Shown here piece after piece: positions 17,475 to 26,569 of a stretch of DNA of 30,228 nt (positions within the stretch are counted from its first letter, which is position 1; each line of letters starts with the position of its first letter). The stretch is from the NCBI GenBank assembly GCA_965215885.1, contig CBDCEW010000020.1, positions 1-30,228 on the forward strand, given 5' to 3'. The notes beneath the pieces were generated by a model. It was not told the origin of the DNA and ran no database searches. It saw nothing but the letters and a program-made list of their open reading frames with translations. Source of the DNA: Candidatus Moanibacter sp. (GTDB lineage: Bacteria; Verrucomicrobiota; Verrucomicrobiia; Opitutales; UBA2987). Both the position numbers and the translations under genes were made by a program.

Positions 17475-18353
17475 ATGGGCAGCGAAGTACAGATTAAACT
17501 ACCCACGGGAGTGCCGAATACAAAAATCTGTGTTCTTGGGGGCACAAACCTGGCGACTTCCCTTACCCGAAGCGAAGAGATCGAGGGGTCATTCATGGTG
17601 GAGACAGAGTTCGGAGCTTCACCGGAGGTTTTTTACGGAAGCGTAGAGGACGTTCCCTTTTATCACATAGTCCTTCACGGGGGCGTGGGGGCGGATAAGT
17701 CGCGCCGCGATTTCCGTGTCAATTCGCTGCTTCGGACCTGGTCGGCTCTCCATCTATTGGGGGTGACGGAAGTGCTGGGCGGCGCTACGGCCGGCGCCAT
17801 AAATTCGAAATTCCGTGATGGGGACTGGGTTATCCCTGACGATTTCATCGATTTCAATGTGGATCGTCCGCCTTCCATCGTGGCTGACATACTGGGTGCG
17901 GAGGCGGATAAGATCTGGCCGAGGGTGAACCCGGCGACCGATCCCGAGATCGACTCCATCCTGTATGAATGCAGTCAGATGCACGCCGATGGGGTCGGTG
18001 TCTGGAAGGGCGGGGTGCTGGCTCAAGGTCCGGGAAGCCGGTTCGAATCAGTGGCCGAGGTGAGGATGATGAAAAACGCAGGGTGCGATTTCGTGACGGC
18101 CTCGATTCCGACGGAGATGATCTACGCAAGGCAACTCGGCATCCATTACGGTAGCATTGTCGGGATCAGCAATCCGGCGGAGGGAATCGCGGAATGGGGT
18201 TGGGATACACTTACCAACCTTTATCCACGATTCCACGAGCAGAGCAGCAGGATTTATATTGAAGCGATTCCCAAAGTCGCAGCCCTTCTCGGAAAGCCGC
18301 GAATTGTGGACGAATTGAGGATTCATCCGGATCTGGAGGAGCATCAGCTCTAA
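17475..18353 (+). CDS. MTAP/purine nucleoside phosphorylase family protein (divergent)
   Basis: ICVLGGT, VETEFG, GATAGAIN, GDWVIPDDFIDF, GSRFESVAEVRMM, ISNPAEG. Confidence 0.85.
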   Translation: MGSEVQIKLPTGVPNTKICVLGGTNLATSLTRSEEIEGSFMVETEFGASPEVFYGSVEDVPFYHIVLHGGVGADKSRRDFRVNSLLRTWSALHLLGVTEVLGGATAGAINSKFRDGDWVIPDDFIDFNVDRPPSIVADILGAEADKIWPRVNPATDPEIDSILYECSQMHADGVGVWKGGVLAQGPGSRFESVAEVRMMKNAGCDFVTASIPTEMIYARQLGIHYGSIVGISNPAEGIAEWGWDTLTNLYPRFHEQSSRIYIEAIPKVAALLGKPRIVDELRIHPDLEEHQL

Positions 18354-18390
18354 CCTGGAAAGTGTGAAATTGGCAGGCGAGCCCGTGCCT

Positions 18391-19230
18391 ATGCCTGACG
18401 AATTGCATTCATCAAATATGATGCCGAAGGGTCTCAGGATTCCGGTGGCTATTGGAACTCTGGTGTATCTGTTATTAGCGGTTTACTGGGCGGCTTCAGA
18501 TTTTATTATCATGCGAAGCGACCTTTTTCACTACGTACGCTGGAGCCGACTCCTCTGGGAGCCAGACCAATGGAATTGGTTAAGGGCTTCGTTTCATGTT
18601 CCTGGATATCCAGTCATTATCGCGATCGGGGACGCAATCACGTTTGGTCTGCTAAGCGATGTCTTGTTGGTTCAGTTCTTAGAGTATGCGTTTTGGATGA
18701 TGGGTGTAGTTTACGCCTGGCGTCTGTTAGATCAGTTTTGCCCATCTGCGAAATCATTGGGAGTGTTGATCTTCTCGTTGCACCCATTCGTTGGAGTCAC
18801 ACTGGCCGCGATGGGGCGGGCAGAGGTACCGGCAACGGCAGTGTTTCTAGCTGCCTTGTTCTATGGAATTAATCGCAAACCTTGGAAGTTCGTACTTTTG
18901 GGGGGACTGGCACTGATCACGCACAAGAGCATGTGGCCCCATATGTTTTTTGCAACTTTGATTTGCCTGTGGAATTACAGGTTACAGTGGTGGACGTTAT
19001 TCTTGTCCGGCGTGCCTCTGGTCGGTTACTGGATTGTGGTGGCCGTCAATCGGCCCGACTTTTTGCTAAAGGTGATTGGCGTGGATGCCAGTTTTGTCAT
19101 GCACACAGAATGCGAAGCCGATCAACCCGAGAACAGTCGTGCGGTGGCGCCTCCGAGGATATTCGCCAAGTCCTCGTCTGAAAGGAGTCCCTGGCAGTGG
19201 ACGCGGAATGTGTCCAGGGTCTGGCGGTAA
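18391..19230 (+). CDS. Polytopic membrane protein, GT-C glycosyltransferase-like; probably 3'-truncated near 19100
   Basis: Multiple TM segments, Asp after TM1 (SDLFHY), PGYP, AEVPA. The tail after ~19110 is antisense to the amidohydrolase remnant. Confidence 0.55.
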   Translation: MPDELHSSNMMPKGLRIPVAIGTLVYLLLAVYWAASDFIIMRSDLFHYVRWSRLLWEPDQWNWLRASFHVPGYPVIIAIGDAITFGLLSDVLLVQFLEYAFWMMGVVYAWRLLDQFCPSAKSLGVLIFSLHPFVGVTLAAMGRAEVPATAVFLAALFYGINRKPWKFVLLGGLALITHKSMWPHMFFATLICLWNYRLQWWTLFLSGVPLVGYWIVVAVNRPDFLLKVIGVDASFVMHTECEADQPENSRAVAPPRIFAKSSSERSPWQWTRNVSRVWR

Positions 19231-19528
19231 GTGCGGTATCTTTCCACGTTAGGCATGTCGGTTCCCCACATCAGCCGATTTGCCCCGAGCTTCTCGACCA
19301 ACTCGACAAGAGTGGGTTGCAGTTCACGATAGGGAAAATCGAATACGTTGCCGAGCGAGATGTGAAAGAGCGGCTGGAGCCCACCTTCGCTCGGTCGCGC
19401 AACCGCCACACCGGCTGATGGTGGTCGGCCATCTCCCGCTGCAGGTAGCGCAGGTGCTCCGATGCGCTGGGAAAACCGTTCGCCTCGCCGAGTGGCGGAA
19501 AGCAGTAGGCGTGGCTGTCGATGATCAT
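19122..19528 (-). pseudogene. Amidohydrolase-family gene with a large internal deletion
   Basis: N-terminus MIIDSHAYCF...HHQPVWRLRD is joined out of frame near 19380 to the C-terminus FDFPY...GANRLMWGTDMP...ILGGATARLF. Confidence 0.85.
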
Positions 19529-19631
19529 GGACCGTATATTATCGAAATTTCGAGAACGAGAACGATATCCAGTGTTAGAAACGGAAACGCCTGGATTCCG
19601 CTGAGTGGGAGCAACCCTTTCCGAGAGGGCC

Positions 19632-19722
19632 GACCCACCCCTGGCCCCTCCGAGGAGGGGATCTTTTCACTTGGGAACTCATTGATCAAGTTCCCCTCCT
19701 TCGGAGGGGTTTGGGGTGGGTT
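19632..19722. repeat. Inverted doublet of CCCACCCC..CCCCTCC..GGAGGGG hairpins
   Basis: 19632-19662 and its imperfect inverse 19691-19722, each with an internal cccctcc/ggagggg stem. Confidence 0.75.
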
Positions 19723-19831
19723 CCTTCCAAGCCAGTTTTCATTTGAGATAAGTAACTGACGGTTATTACCGAGTCGATGGGAATAAGCGCCGCGGCGGAA
19801 TTGAATGAAATGATTTTGTCTTTTTGCATGC

Positions 19832-21175
19832 TCAAGAGGTCTCGACAAATGTCTCGGGCAGATTCCATTTCGTCCTATACGCCCGCTCCATCTCCTGTCG
19901 AATCTGCAAGGCGTTCCCGGCTTCAGAGAACTCGACATCACTCCAGCGTACCAGCTGACCAGTCAACACGTTGTGCGCAAGCTTGGCTCCATGAGCGAGA
20001 CCAATGGGCAGCGCCCCAAGCGCGAGACTGTCCTCGGCGGGCACAAGCTTGCCCCACACGGTGTAGCCGCCCTCGCCATCCAGCACGTCACCCGTCGCCA
20101 GATCCCGCTTCGCAGTGGCAACAACATCCCCCCGAAAACCCGTCGTGCAGCCGGTCGGTTCACCGCGAAGCGCCGCAGACAGGATAGACATATTGAGCTC
20201 CAGCCCAATCAGATGAAAAGGCCTGTGCATCGCGGCGTAGCGACCGGAGGAATCGGTGATGAGGCCATACTGTAGAAAGCAGTCCCCAGTGTAATCATTC
20301 GGCGCCTCAAGGACGACATAGACGCCCCATCGCAGGTCACGATCGACCGGCCGGCCGTCGCGTTCGAGCGATGACACTACTTCGACTTGACCCTTGTGAT
20401 TGAGCTGCCCTCCCACCTCTCGTGGACGCAGCAGGTTTGGAAGGTCGTCGATTCCACACGGTGGAAAGACGAGACCGTCAGGAGCCGGCGTGAGTTCTGT
20501 AGCGTTGGCGATCGCCGCCATCTCGATAGCGGACTTGGTGCCGTCGATAAAGGAATTGAACATCTGCGGATTCATCCTTGCAGTTTCCGCCTGTTCCGCT
20601 GTCAGACCATAGTGATCCCAAACTGTATCGGGAGTCGACGTGTGGTAGGATGGAAGGTATCTGGTACCTTTTCCGGCGGCGACGACCTCAAAGCCGCAGG
20701 CTCGCGCCCAATCGACCAACTCGCAGGTAAGCGCCGGTTGGTCGCCATAGGCCATCGAGTAGACTACCCCTGCTGCTTCAGCCTCGCGGGCGAGTACCGG
20801 TCCGACCAACACGTCCGCTTCCACATTAACCATAACGATGTGTTTGCCCTCACGAATGGCGGTACGTGCGTGGACCACACCGGCGGCTGGATGTCCCGTC
20901 GCTTCAACTACCACGTCGACGTCCGCTGCCGTCGTGAGCGCCAAACCATCGTCGAGGAAGCGAGTCCGCGATGTGCGTGCAGTATCCCAGCCGACGTCGG
21001 CACAAGTTTTCTGCGCACGCTGCGGGTCGAGATCGGCAATCACCGTTACTTCTACTCCGGGCGTGGTGGGCACCTGGGATAGGAACGTTGAGCCGAACTT
21101 ACCCGCGCCAATGAGGCCAACCCGCACGGGTCCGAGGTCGTCCAGGCGCTTCTGTAAGAGTTGGGTGAGGCTCAT
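19832..21175 (-). CDS. Homoserine-dehydrogenase-like NAD(P)-dependent oxidoreductase with C-terminal SAF domain
   Basis: VGLIGAGKFG, VMVNVEAD, YGDQP, SFIDGTKSAIEM, VATAKRDLATGDVLDGEGGYTVWG. Confidence 0.9.
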   Translation of the reverse strand: MSLTQLLQKRLDDLGPVRVGLIGAGKFGSTFLSQVPTTPGVEVTVIADLDPQRAQKTCADVGWDTARTSRTRFLDDGLALTTAADVDVVVEATGHPAAGVVHARTAIREGKHIVMVNVEADVLVGPVLAREAEAAGVVYSMAYGDQPALTCELVDWARACGFEVVAAGKGTRYLPSYHTSTPDTVWDHYGLTAEQAETARMNPQMFNSFIDGTKSAIEMAAIANATELTPAPDGLVFPPCGIDDLPNLLRPREVGGQLNHKGQVEVVSSLERDGRPVDRDLRWGVYVVLEAPNDYTGDCFLQYGLITDSSGRYAAMHRPFHLIGLELNMSILSAALRGEPTGCTTGFRGDVVATAKRDLATGDVLDGEGGYTVWGKLVPAEDSLALGALPIGLAHGAKLAHNVLTGQLVRWSDVEFSEAGNALQIRQEMERAYRTKWNLPETFVETS

Positions 21176-21288
21176 AATCGGTCACCCTTGGGCGGCGGCA
21201 CGTGCCTGTTGGGAACGGCCCGAGCGAACGCTTTCACGGGATAGAAGGTGCCGAAAGAGCGTCGAATAGACAAGTCGGTAACGCGACG

Positions 21289-22140
21289 TTAAAGCCCGGT
21301 TTCCCGACAAAATTCCCGGTGATACGCGTCGACATCCAGGTCCTCTATCCACCCCTCGTGGATCAGGATGCGCCACCGTTGGATCAGTTTGTCACTCCTC
21401 TTTAGCTCGTAGCCACCATCCAGGGTGAAATTCGACAGCATGGTACCGTAATCGCGCAGGAAATACGGGGAGGGAGGATTGTCCGGATGGTGCATCAGCG
21501 TGACCCCGACCCTGGCGCCGGCAACTATGCCGCTGTAGTCGACCCAGTCGGCAATTTTCCCCATGATCCCTGCTTCATTCTCCTCTCCGTTCGAATTGAC
21601 CGCCCGGCCCCCGTCTTCCACATCGATCGTATCCGCCACCCTCACACCGAAGAACGAATGCGTCTCCCGGTCGAAGACAACATCCGCTTCGATGGGACTG
21701 AGGGTGCAGGATACATCCAGTAGATGCACATCCTCTCCGGGTCGCCACTCGATATCGCGCTCTTCCTCCAGCATGATCTCACCCCGCTTCGTCACCCAAT
21801 TGTTCCGGGTACGCAGGACAATACTGGCGTCGTTGACCTCGCTTTCAGTGTCAACCAAAGCGATGTCGCCGAGGTTGTCTCTTGTGGGATTGTTATCGTG
21901 GAAGAAATTGATGCCATTCGTCCGTCCGTGCCCCAGAAAGATCGACTTGTGGTGGTTGTAGCGGTAGGCGCAGTTGGTCGTCACGGCTCGGCCCGACGGT
22001 GAATAGACCGGGAAGAAATTGGGCCGCGAGAGGTAGAAATCCCCCCAATCCAATTTGCCCTTGTTGTAGGCCAGAGCAAATTGCCCCTGGTAGTAAAACT
22101 TGAAACGTAGTTCCTCTTCGACCAGATCGATTGCACCCAT
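21289..22140 (-). CDS. DUF6807 (PmoA-like Pfam family) protein
   Basis: RPNFFPVYSPSG...HHKSIF, FFGVRV, WVDYSG, HPDNP...RDYG. RBS ggagg before ATG 22140. Confidence 0.8.
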   Translation of the reverse strand: MGAIDLVEEELRFKFYYQGQFALAYNKGKLDWGDFYLSRPNFFPVYSPSGRAVTTNCAYRYNHHKSIFLGHGRTNGINFFHDNNPTRDNLGDIALVDTESEVNDASIVLRTRNNWVTKRGEIMLEEERDIEWRPGEDVHLLDVSCTLSPIEADVVFDRETHSFFGVRVADTIDVEDGGRAVNSNGEENEAGIMGKIADWVDYSGIVAGARVGVTLMHHPDNPPSPYFLRDYGTMLSNFTLDGGYELKRSDKLIQRWRILIHEGWIEDLDVDAYHREFCRETGL

Positions 22141-22145
22141 ATCAT

Positions 22146-23141
22146 TCACCCTCCTTCCACGATGGCGGCGATGTCTATCTGGGCTCCGCCTGCCTCGGTA
22201 GAGCGGACGATGGCCTCCATCATGGCCACTGTCCACAAATTATCCGCACCACTGGTGCTGGTCTGCCCGCCTTCTGTTATGGCTGCGGCCAGTTCGTCCA
22301 GAAGCGTATTGTCGCCGCCGAATTCGCGCAGCTGTTCGACCGTTTGCCATTCGCGCTCATCCGGACGGCCCCGTTCTAAATCTTCGGCCAGGCGCAGCGA
22401 CCCGTCGCTGCCGTCGACGCGCCAGTGGTGCTCCGGTATATGCGAAGCCCAGGCGCCGAAATAGCTGACCTTCACGTCCCGTTCAAACTCGAAGAGTGCG
22501 CCGACCGTAGTCTCGCCTTCAAAATCGCCCCACGGCGGCAGAAAACTGTAGCCGCTCACCCGCAGCGGCTTCAGGCCAAGGGTGAAGCGGACCATGTCCA
22601 GGTCGTGCACCCCCATCTCCCACAGATAGTTGTGGCGCATCGTCTTCTGGTAGGTCTGGCCTGCGTAGCGCTTGCGGTGCCGCACGAAGACCCCGTGTCC
22701 AAGGGTGCCGATGTCTCCTTCCGCCACCAATTTCCGCATGGTGCCCAACCCGGGGCGAAAACGGTAGTTTTGCCCGGCCGAGACCACCAGTCCCTTCTCT
22801 TTGCCGGCGTCCACTACGGCTCGGGCTTCGTCTATGCTGAGAGCAAAGGGCTTCTCCGCCAGGAGATGCCAGCCGGCCTCGAGCGCGGCTAAGCCATTCT
22901 CTCGCCGCGTCCAGGAACTGGCCGCGATAATTGCTGCGTCGGCCTCAATTTCCGCCGCTGCTTCTTCCACGCTGGCAAAGGCCGGCAAATTGAGTTCGGC
23001 AAATTCCTCTTTGACCTTCTGGCGCGCCTCTTGCGAGGGATCTACTACGCCGACCGGCTCGAAACCCGAACGTTCGTCCACCCGTCGTAACCAGCCCCGG
23101 CCTCTGCCGCCAACTCCGATAAATACTACTTTGAGCGCCAT
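22146..23141 (-). CDS. Gfo/Idh/MocA family oxidoreductase
   Basis: VFIGVGGRG, GWHLLAEKP, GQNYRF, EMGVHDLD. RBS aaggagg. Confidence 0.92.
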   Translation of the reverse strand: MALKVVFIGVGGRGRGWLRRVDERSGFEPVGVVDPSQEARQKVKEEFAELNLPAFASVEEAAAEIEADAAIIAASSWTRRENGLAALEAGWHLLAEKPFALSIDEARAVVDAGKEKGLVVSAGQNYRFRPGLGTMRKLVAEGDIGTLGHGVFVRHRKRYAGQTYQKTMRHNYLWEMGVHDLDMVRFTLGLKPLRVSGYSFLPPWGDFEGETTVGALFEFERDVKVSYFGAWASHIPEHHWRVDGSDGSLRLAEDLERGRPDEREWQTVEQLREFGGDNTLLDELAAAITEGGQTSTSGADNLWTVAMMEAIVRSTEAGGAQIDIAAIVEGG

Positions 23142-23569
23142 CAAATCCTCCTTTTCGATTTTAACTCTTCCGGTCTCTCATTAAATAGGAAATCGCTTTT
23201 TGGTGGTGGGGAGACGCGCCTGTTTAGCAGGGCCTGAAAGAATTTATTCACGCAGTGGAATGTGCCTGTAGAGAATCGAAAACGCAAGCCGGTAGCTGCA
23301 GTCTCCCTATGACTTCACGGTTCTTGTCATTCACGCCGTCGCCGATAATGAAAATCTCCATTTCCCGAATCGATTGCCCGCGAACGCTGCCCACGGAATA
23401 AGTTACACTCTAAAACGTGATAAAAAAAGTAAGTTTTGACGGATTGTAGCACGGATTAGGAAAGTGAGCGGCGGATTAAAGAATGGCCCTCCTACGCTAA
23501 AGCTATGGAGGATGCACAACGGATGAGGACGGGTACGGGGTGACTCTGAGTAGCGGCTTTGAACGAAGA

Positions 23570-23691
23570 ATGAAATATACAGTATTGAGGGGAGGCGATC
23601 CGCTCCGAGCTACTCAAGCAGAGGGAAGGCCTCACAAGGAAGGAATTGAAAGAGAGAAAGAAGGTAGTTACCGTATGACCGACCATGTGGC
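23570..23691 (+). pseudogene. Degenerate partial paralog of the 25901 ORF
   Basis: Aligns with 25901 to ~26017 (EAIRSELLKQREGLT.KELKERK...LPYDRPCG), with synonymous changes and indels. Confidence 0.8.
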
Positions 23692-23699
23692 TTCCTTGC

Positions 23700-25417
23700 A
23701 TGCCTGATTTGAAGAAAAGAGACATTCTCAGGACAGTCCTGTTCACGATGCTATCAATCCTCCTCTTCATTTGGGGTTCGGAGCGTCAGGCATCACGAGT
23801 GAATACAGACATGGATTCGACGGATCAGTCTGCCTACATGGACCATGCCAGGGAATTTGCGAGAACCGACTTTGCGTTTATTGGAGGGAGAAACCGAATG
23901 CCGGCGTATCCGGCGTTGATGTCCTTGTTCTATACCGACGGGATGTCTGACGAGGAATTCTTCGCTGTTGGCAAACGGGCCGGCATAGCGCTCGGGATCG
24001 CGGTTCTGGCAGTGGCATTTATAGTATTCAGATTGAGCGGGCATAGGGAGGACGCCATTACCGGCACGCTGGTAGCGATGTTTACTGTATTTGCATTTAA
24101 GTCTCCATATTTTCAAGCAGAGATTCTCTTCTATGGGATTGGTCTAGTTCTCTTTTATTTGCTGCTGTCGCTGATTCAACAACCACGCATAACAACAGCC
24201 ATACTGGCGGGATGCCTTGGCGGTATCGGTCATCTCACGAAAGCTTCCATTCTGCCAGTGATCATTCTTGCTTCAGTTTGCTTGATTGGGCGCATGGGCT
24301 CCGATTTGTGGCGGCGAGGGCATGACCTAGCAACTCACGACGATCGACCCTCCTCGTTTGGTTCCACAATCGCGCTTCATGCCGGTTGCTTAGTTGTCTT
24401 CCTCACAATGTTCCTCCTTGTAATCTCTCCCTACATCCTGACAAGCAAAGAGCGATTCGGGCAATATTTCTACAACGTTAACTCCACTTTTTACATGTGG
24501 TATGATTCATGGGAAGAGGCGAAAGCGGGAACACGCGCGCATGGCGACCGATTCAGCTGGCCCGATATGCCTGAGGAAGACCTTCCCAGCCCCCGCAGCT
24601 ATCTCCAGAATCACAGTCTTGCGGAAATCGCGTGGCGGTTGGCACGCGGTTTCGCAATCGTTGCGGCTTTCAGCATTTTCCTGTCTTACGGCTATGGGCC
24701 ATTCATGCTTATATACATAACCGTTACGGCGATGTTTTTTGCCCAGCACAGAAATTCGCTGCCGCTCAAGCGACTCTTGAGAGAAAACCACACGGCCATC
24801 TTTTTCGTGGCGGCGTATTTCCTGGGCTACCTGACCCTCTACGCATGGTTTACTCCCATTGCAGCTGCCCATCGCTACCAATTGAGGATGATCGGCTCGT
24901 GTCCTTCCCGCGATGCTTCTTTGCGCAGGTAGTTTTTCATCGGTTTCAGGAAACGAACGATATGTCGATTCGCGTGCACCATTTTTTCGGATACCATTGA
25001 AGGCAGACGTCGGGGCTTTTATAATAGCCATCAAGAGCTTAAAGCTCTGCTTGGGGTAGTATATGCCCGCACGCTCTTCAGATCGTATTGGAGCACCTGG
25101 TTGAGTTTCGGATCGTATGGGTACGGTGGTGAGATTTAGCCAGGATTTTTCAAGGTACAGTATGAAAATTGCTAATAATTGGAGCGAGCACGGGGAATTT
25201 ATCGCTGTTCCTTCCCGCGATGCTTCTTTGCGCAGGTAGTTTTTCATTTTTCAGGAAACACGATATGTCGATTCGCGTCTTCGGAAAGAAGGCAGACGTC
25301 GGGGCAGTAAATAGAATCATCCTTAAATTGCTTGGGGTGTATATGTTGACGATTTTTCCCTGGTTGGTTTCGATTATGTACGATGTGGTGGATAGCCAGG
25401 AAGAAAGGTACGTATGA
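23700..25417 (+). CDS. Polytopic membrane protein, GT-C/ArnT-PMT-like; C-terminus (25199-25417) split off by a noisy duplication
   Basis: Many TM segments, DSTDQSAY loop, RMPAYP, AEILFY, LTKAS. The frame degrades near 24865, and a hydrophobic continuation LSLFLPAMLL resumes at 25199. Confidence 0.6.
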
Positions 25418-25448
25418 AAATTCTAATAATTGGAGCGACACGGGGAAT
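24861..25448 (+). repeat. Imperfect tandem duplication (~307-bp offset), first copy insertion-rich
   Basis: 39-bp identity between 24902-24940 and 25209-25247. atgaaaatt(g)ctaataattggagcga occurs at both 25162 and 25414. Confidence 0.85.
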
Positions 25449-25605
25449 CGGAGCAGAGCTCCTGGACCAGGCGCTCTCGATGGAAAACCACGTTACTGTG
25501 CTCGCTCGCAATCCGGCCGGCGTAGAAAGGAACAACGACTACCTTCGTCCGCCCGGGATTCCTTACGAACGGAACGCGAACGGAGAAGTACCGTGCCTTA
25601 ACTGA
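25414..25605 (+). pseudogene. 5' fragment of an NAD(P)H-binding (flavin reductase-like SDR) gene
   Basis: MKILIIGATRGIG...HVTVLARNP, then unrelated sequence and an early stop. Confidence 0.8.
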
Positions 25606-25769
25606 GCTTAAGGGCGTTACGGCGGGTAGGATTTCTCGGGCAGATGTCGCTCATTACATATTGTCGCAATTAGGATCCATGACTAATTTGAGGGAAACTC
25701 CCCTATTGACATACTGATCCATGCAGCCTGATGAACAGAATTCGAATAGGTCCGACCGGCTGCCAGGAT

Positions 25770-25896
25770 GATTCCGGTGTAAAACCCCCACGTTCTCACG
25801 AACGCGGCTACGGTGCTCCGTAAGTTGTTGATATATGTAGCCGCGTTCGTGAGAACGTGGTTGAGGATTCCCCAACGACGACTTTTCAGCAGAAAC
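25770..25896 (+). mobile_element. ~128-bp REP-doublet element, copy 3
   Basis: Near-perfect inverted REPs GTAGCCGCGTTCGTGAGAACGTGG at 25788-25811 and 25837-25860. The 25-bp spacer holds TATCAACAACTTA on the minus strand (25821-25833). Confidence 0.85.
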
Positions 25897-25900
25897 TAGG

Positions 25901-26146
25901 ATGAGATATACCGAATTCAGGGAGGCGATTCGCTCCGAGCTCCTTAAGCAAAGGGAAGGCCTCACATGGAAGGAATTGAAAGAAAGGAAACAATTACCAT
26001 ACGACCGACCCTGTGGCACATGGACCCGGTGGCTCGAAAAGGAGATTGGTTTGAGAAGAATAAAGAAAGAGGGAATTCACCGGATTCGAAGAACTATTTT
26101 GACCGTTCGGCGCAATTGTGATCCGATTCGTAATTTGGATTCTTAG
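25901..26146 (+). CDS. Small basic hypothetical protein, possible winged-helix
   Basis: GLTWKELKER helix pattern. Synonymous divergence from the 23570 paralog supports coding status. Confidence 0.6.
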   Translation: MRYTEFREAIRSELLKQREGLTWKELKERKQLPYDRPCGTWTRWLEKEIGLRRIKKEGIHRIRRTILTVRRNCDPIRNLDS

Positions 26147-26206
26147 TACGTTAGGAGTCGGAATCTTTGTAGTCAGTGTTGAATATATACGAAAGGAATA
26201 GATATA

Positions 26207-26569
26207 ATGGAGAAAGCAAAGGTGCTGAGTGCGAGCGAAACAAAGACGATCCCGTTCGAATGGGGCAGTCTGACGTGGTTGGCGAACGCGGAGATGGGGA
26301 ACTCGACGGACATGACAGTCGGCAAGTGTGTCCTCAAGGCCGGCGCGGAGAACCCGCTTCATCGACACCCCAACTGCTCGGAAGTGCTGGTTGTTCTTGA
26401 GGGCACGATCGAGCATGTGATTGAAGAAGGCCGCAGCGTGCGGATGAATCCCGGCGATTGCATCAACCTTCCTGTTAACCTGCCTCACAAAGCGCGCAAC
26501 GTCGGCTCGGAGGATGCGATTCTCCTGATCTCTTTCTCGTCAGCTTATCGAGAGACCGTCGAGGTTTAG
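26207..26569 (+). CDS. Cupin domain protein
   Basis: [15 protein letters not shown]...[15 protein letters not shown] aagga. Confidence 0.9.
   Translation: MEKAKVLSASETKTIPFEWGSLTWLANAEMGNSTDMTVGKCVLKAGAENPLHRHPNCSEVLVVLEGTIEHVIEEGRSVRMNPGDCINLPVNLPHKARNVGSEDAILLISFSSAYRETVEV

Noticed and set aside
21172..21285. Possible sterol-desaturase-like tail (FDALFGTFY) on the minus strand
   Set aside because: Needs an assumed frameshift and is too short to be convincing.
21289..22140. Methane monooxygenase from the PmoA family label
   Set aside because: Soluble-looking protein with no TM helices and no pmoB/pmoC; the family name is misleading.
24861..25448. DGR template/variable repeat pair
   Set aside because: Differences are indel-dominated rather than adenine-specific, and no reverse transcriptase is in the window.
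25654..25770. YHS/TRASH-like FEFCSSGC motif on the minus strand
   Set aside because: A single short motif with no N-terminal half; the upstream sequence is a repeat element.
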